A DNA stretch of 63,447 bases, the filler included, from Octopus bimaculoides (lineage: Eukaryota): assembly GCF_001194135.2 (NCBI RefSeq). It is 6 parts of 6 records of this genome, joined end to end, with 100 filler letters (N's around TTAATTAATTAA, not from the genome) between each part and the next. Parts side by side here need not be neighbours in the genome. Positions count along the whole stretch, not along the records: positions 62,224 to 63,447 come from NW_026395297.1; 5 more parts are not named here. One strand, written 5' to 3'. Below are positions 62,124-63,447 of this stretch, piece after piece. The notes beneath the pieces are model-generated. The model searched no databases. It was not told where the DNA came from and saw only the letters and a list, made by a program, of their open reading frames with translations. Numbering within the stretch: the first letter of the stretch is position 1; every line of letters begins with the position of its first letter. The position numbers and the translations under genes were made by a program.

Positions 62124-63447
62124 NNNNNNNNNNNNNNNNNNNNNNNNNNNNNNNNNNNNNNNNNNNNTTAATTAATTAANNNNNNNNNNNNNNNNNNNNN
62201 NNNNNNNNNNNNNNNNNNNNNNNCACAAGCATTTCTATAGCCAATTAGACGGATGAAATTTACGTATGCTTAAACATAATGCACCATTTTGCATTATGTT
62301 CAAAGTAGCTTCTGGAATATGTTGAATTGCTGCAGTCTGTTGCTCTCTTTTTAAACCGGTTGCTTTCTTTCCCCAGCAAACTCTCTTGTTCGGAGGCATA
62401 ATCTATGTATATTAAACAGAACAACAAAAAATTATAACAGATGGCAGGGTAGGTAGTTTTCACATTTCTAATGAAGTTCACTGATTTGCAATGTGTTGTC
62501 CTGTCTACATAAGCTCTGTAGTTTGTATATTTACACAGCCTTGTTTATATTGTAGTGAATGCTTGTGTGTACGTGCGCGTGTATGCATTTGAGAGAGCAA
62601 GAGAGAAGAGGGAGGGAGAGAGAGGGGAGAGAAAGGAATAGAGAATGTGATCAATGAAGAGAGAAAGAGAGGAAGGGAGAACGGAAGACAGTTATAAAAT
62701 AGCAATGCGTGCGCATGTTTATATAAGAAACACACACAAACTAAATTTTATATCTATAATGTTGATGTGTGTATGTATTTATGTGTATGTTGTTGTCACA
62801 GATCACATATGTGTGGTTGTGTGTGTTTTTACATTTCTATGTTATGAAAAATATGTTAGAGGTAGAGGGATAGAAGAAAGCTATTAAATGGGAGAGAAGA
62901 AGAAGAACAAAGTAAGAGTGAAAAGGTAGATAGAAGGAAAGAATAGACTTAAACCAAGTTAATCTATGACTGTATGTATCTCTTTCTCTCTCTCTCTCTC
63001 TCCCTCTTTTACTCTTACTCTGTATATTATATGTTGAGTGCGCGATCGATGTGTAAGAACGCCAGTACAGATAGAATGGAAGAAATATAAAAGTTGCAAG
63101 AAACAAAAGCCAAATCTCTCTTAAATCACACAAAGTAAACGGAATTTAAAAAATCTAATTACTGCACTGGAAAGTTCACATCGAGAAAATTCCATTGATG
63201 TAAAAAATTTTACAAAAAAATGGAAAATGTGGATTTCTATAAACTTTTGAAAAGGCTTCACACAGACACACAACTTTAGCTTTATATCTTAAGATTATAT
63301 ATATATTTCAATATCTGCTAATATATATTTATATATATATGTATATATTATATATCTATAGTATATATAAAACAGAGATGTGTGTGTAATCGCTTTACAC
63401 GTGAAATCGACTTCACCAAATGCTTCCATACTTGTGATGCGTGAATA

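Noticed and set aside
62260-62481. Minus-strand ORF with a decent acceptor, and near-open frames at 60420-60660
   Set aside because: No recognisable protein, ambiguous frame, weak donor; insufficient support

Overview
AT-rich, gap-ridden eukaryotic scaffold (about 30 N-runs) dominated by microsatellites and transposon debris. The SINE families, the divergent 18S fragment and the repeat landscape point to an octopus or other coleoid cephalopod; this is inferred from recalled repeat sequences, not from a search. No intact autonomous element and no prokaryotic system (CRISPR, operon) is visible. Supported content: fragments of CR1/L2-group, RTE, R4/Dong-like (RLE-type), Tx1/L1-like and Penelope-like retroelements; DD34D and DD37D mariner/Tc1 fossils; Charlie-like hAT fossils; a solo LTR; at least four tRNA-headed SINE families (over 30 copies or fragments); an orphan 5' fragment of 18S rRNA (minus, 23880-24301); and one convincing host coding exon (plus, 52849-53171) of an unrecognised protein with two phase-compatible upstream exon candidates. 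Best leads: an apparently ORF1-only (HAL1-like) retroelement inserted with a 6-bp TSD into a SINE head, hammerhead-like motifs with a non-canonical CUGUUGA core in Penelope pseudo-LTRs, a mariner fold-back made of two 5' ends, an RTE tail with three C2H2 fingers, and a palindromic TATG-associated repeat. Most listed ORFs are microsatellite or N-run artefacts. Repeat boundaries are approximate unless a TSD or TIR is quoted.
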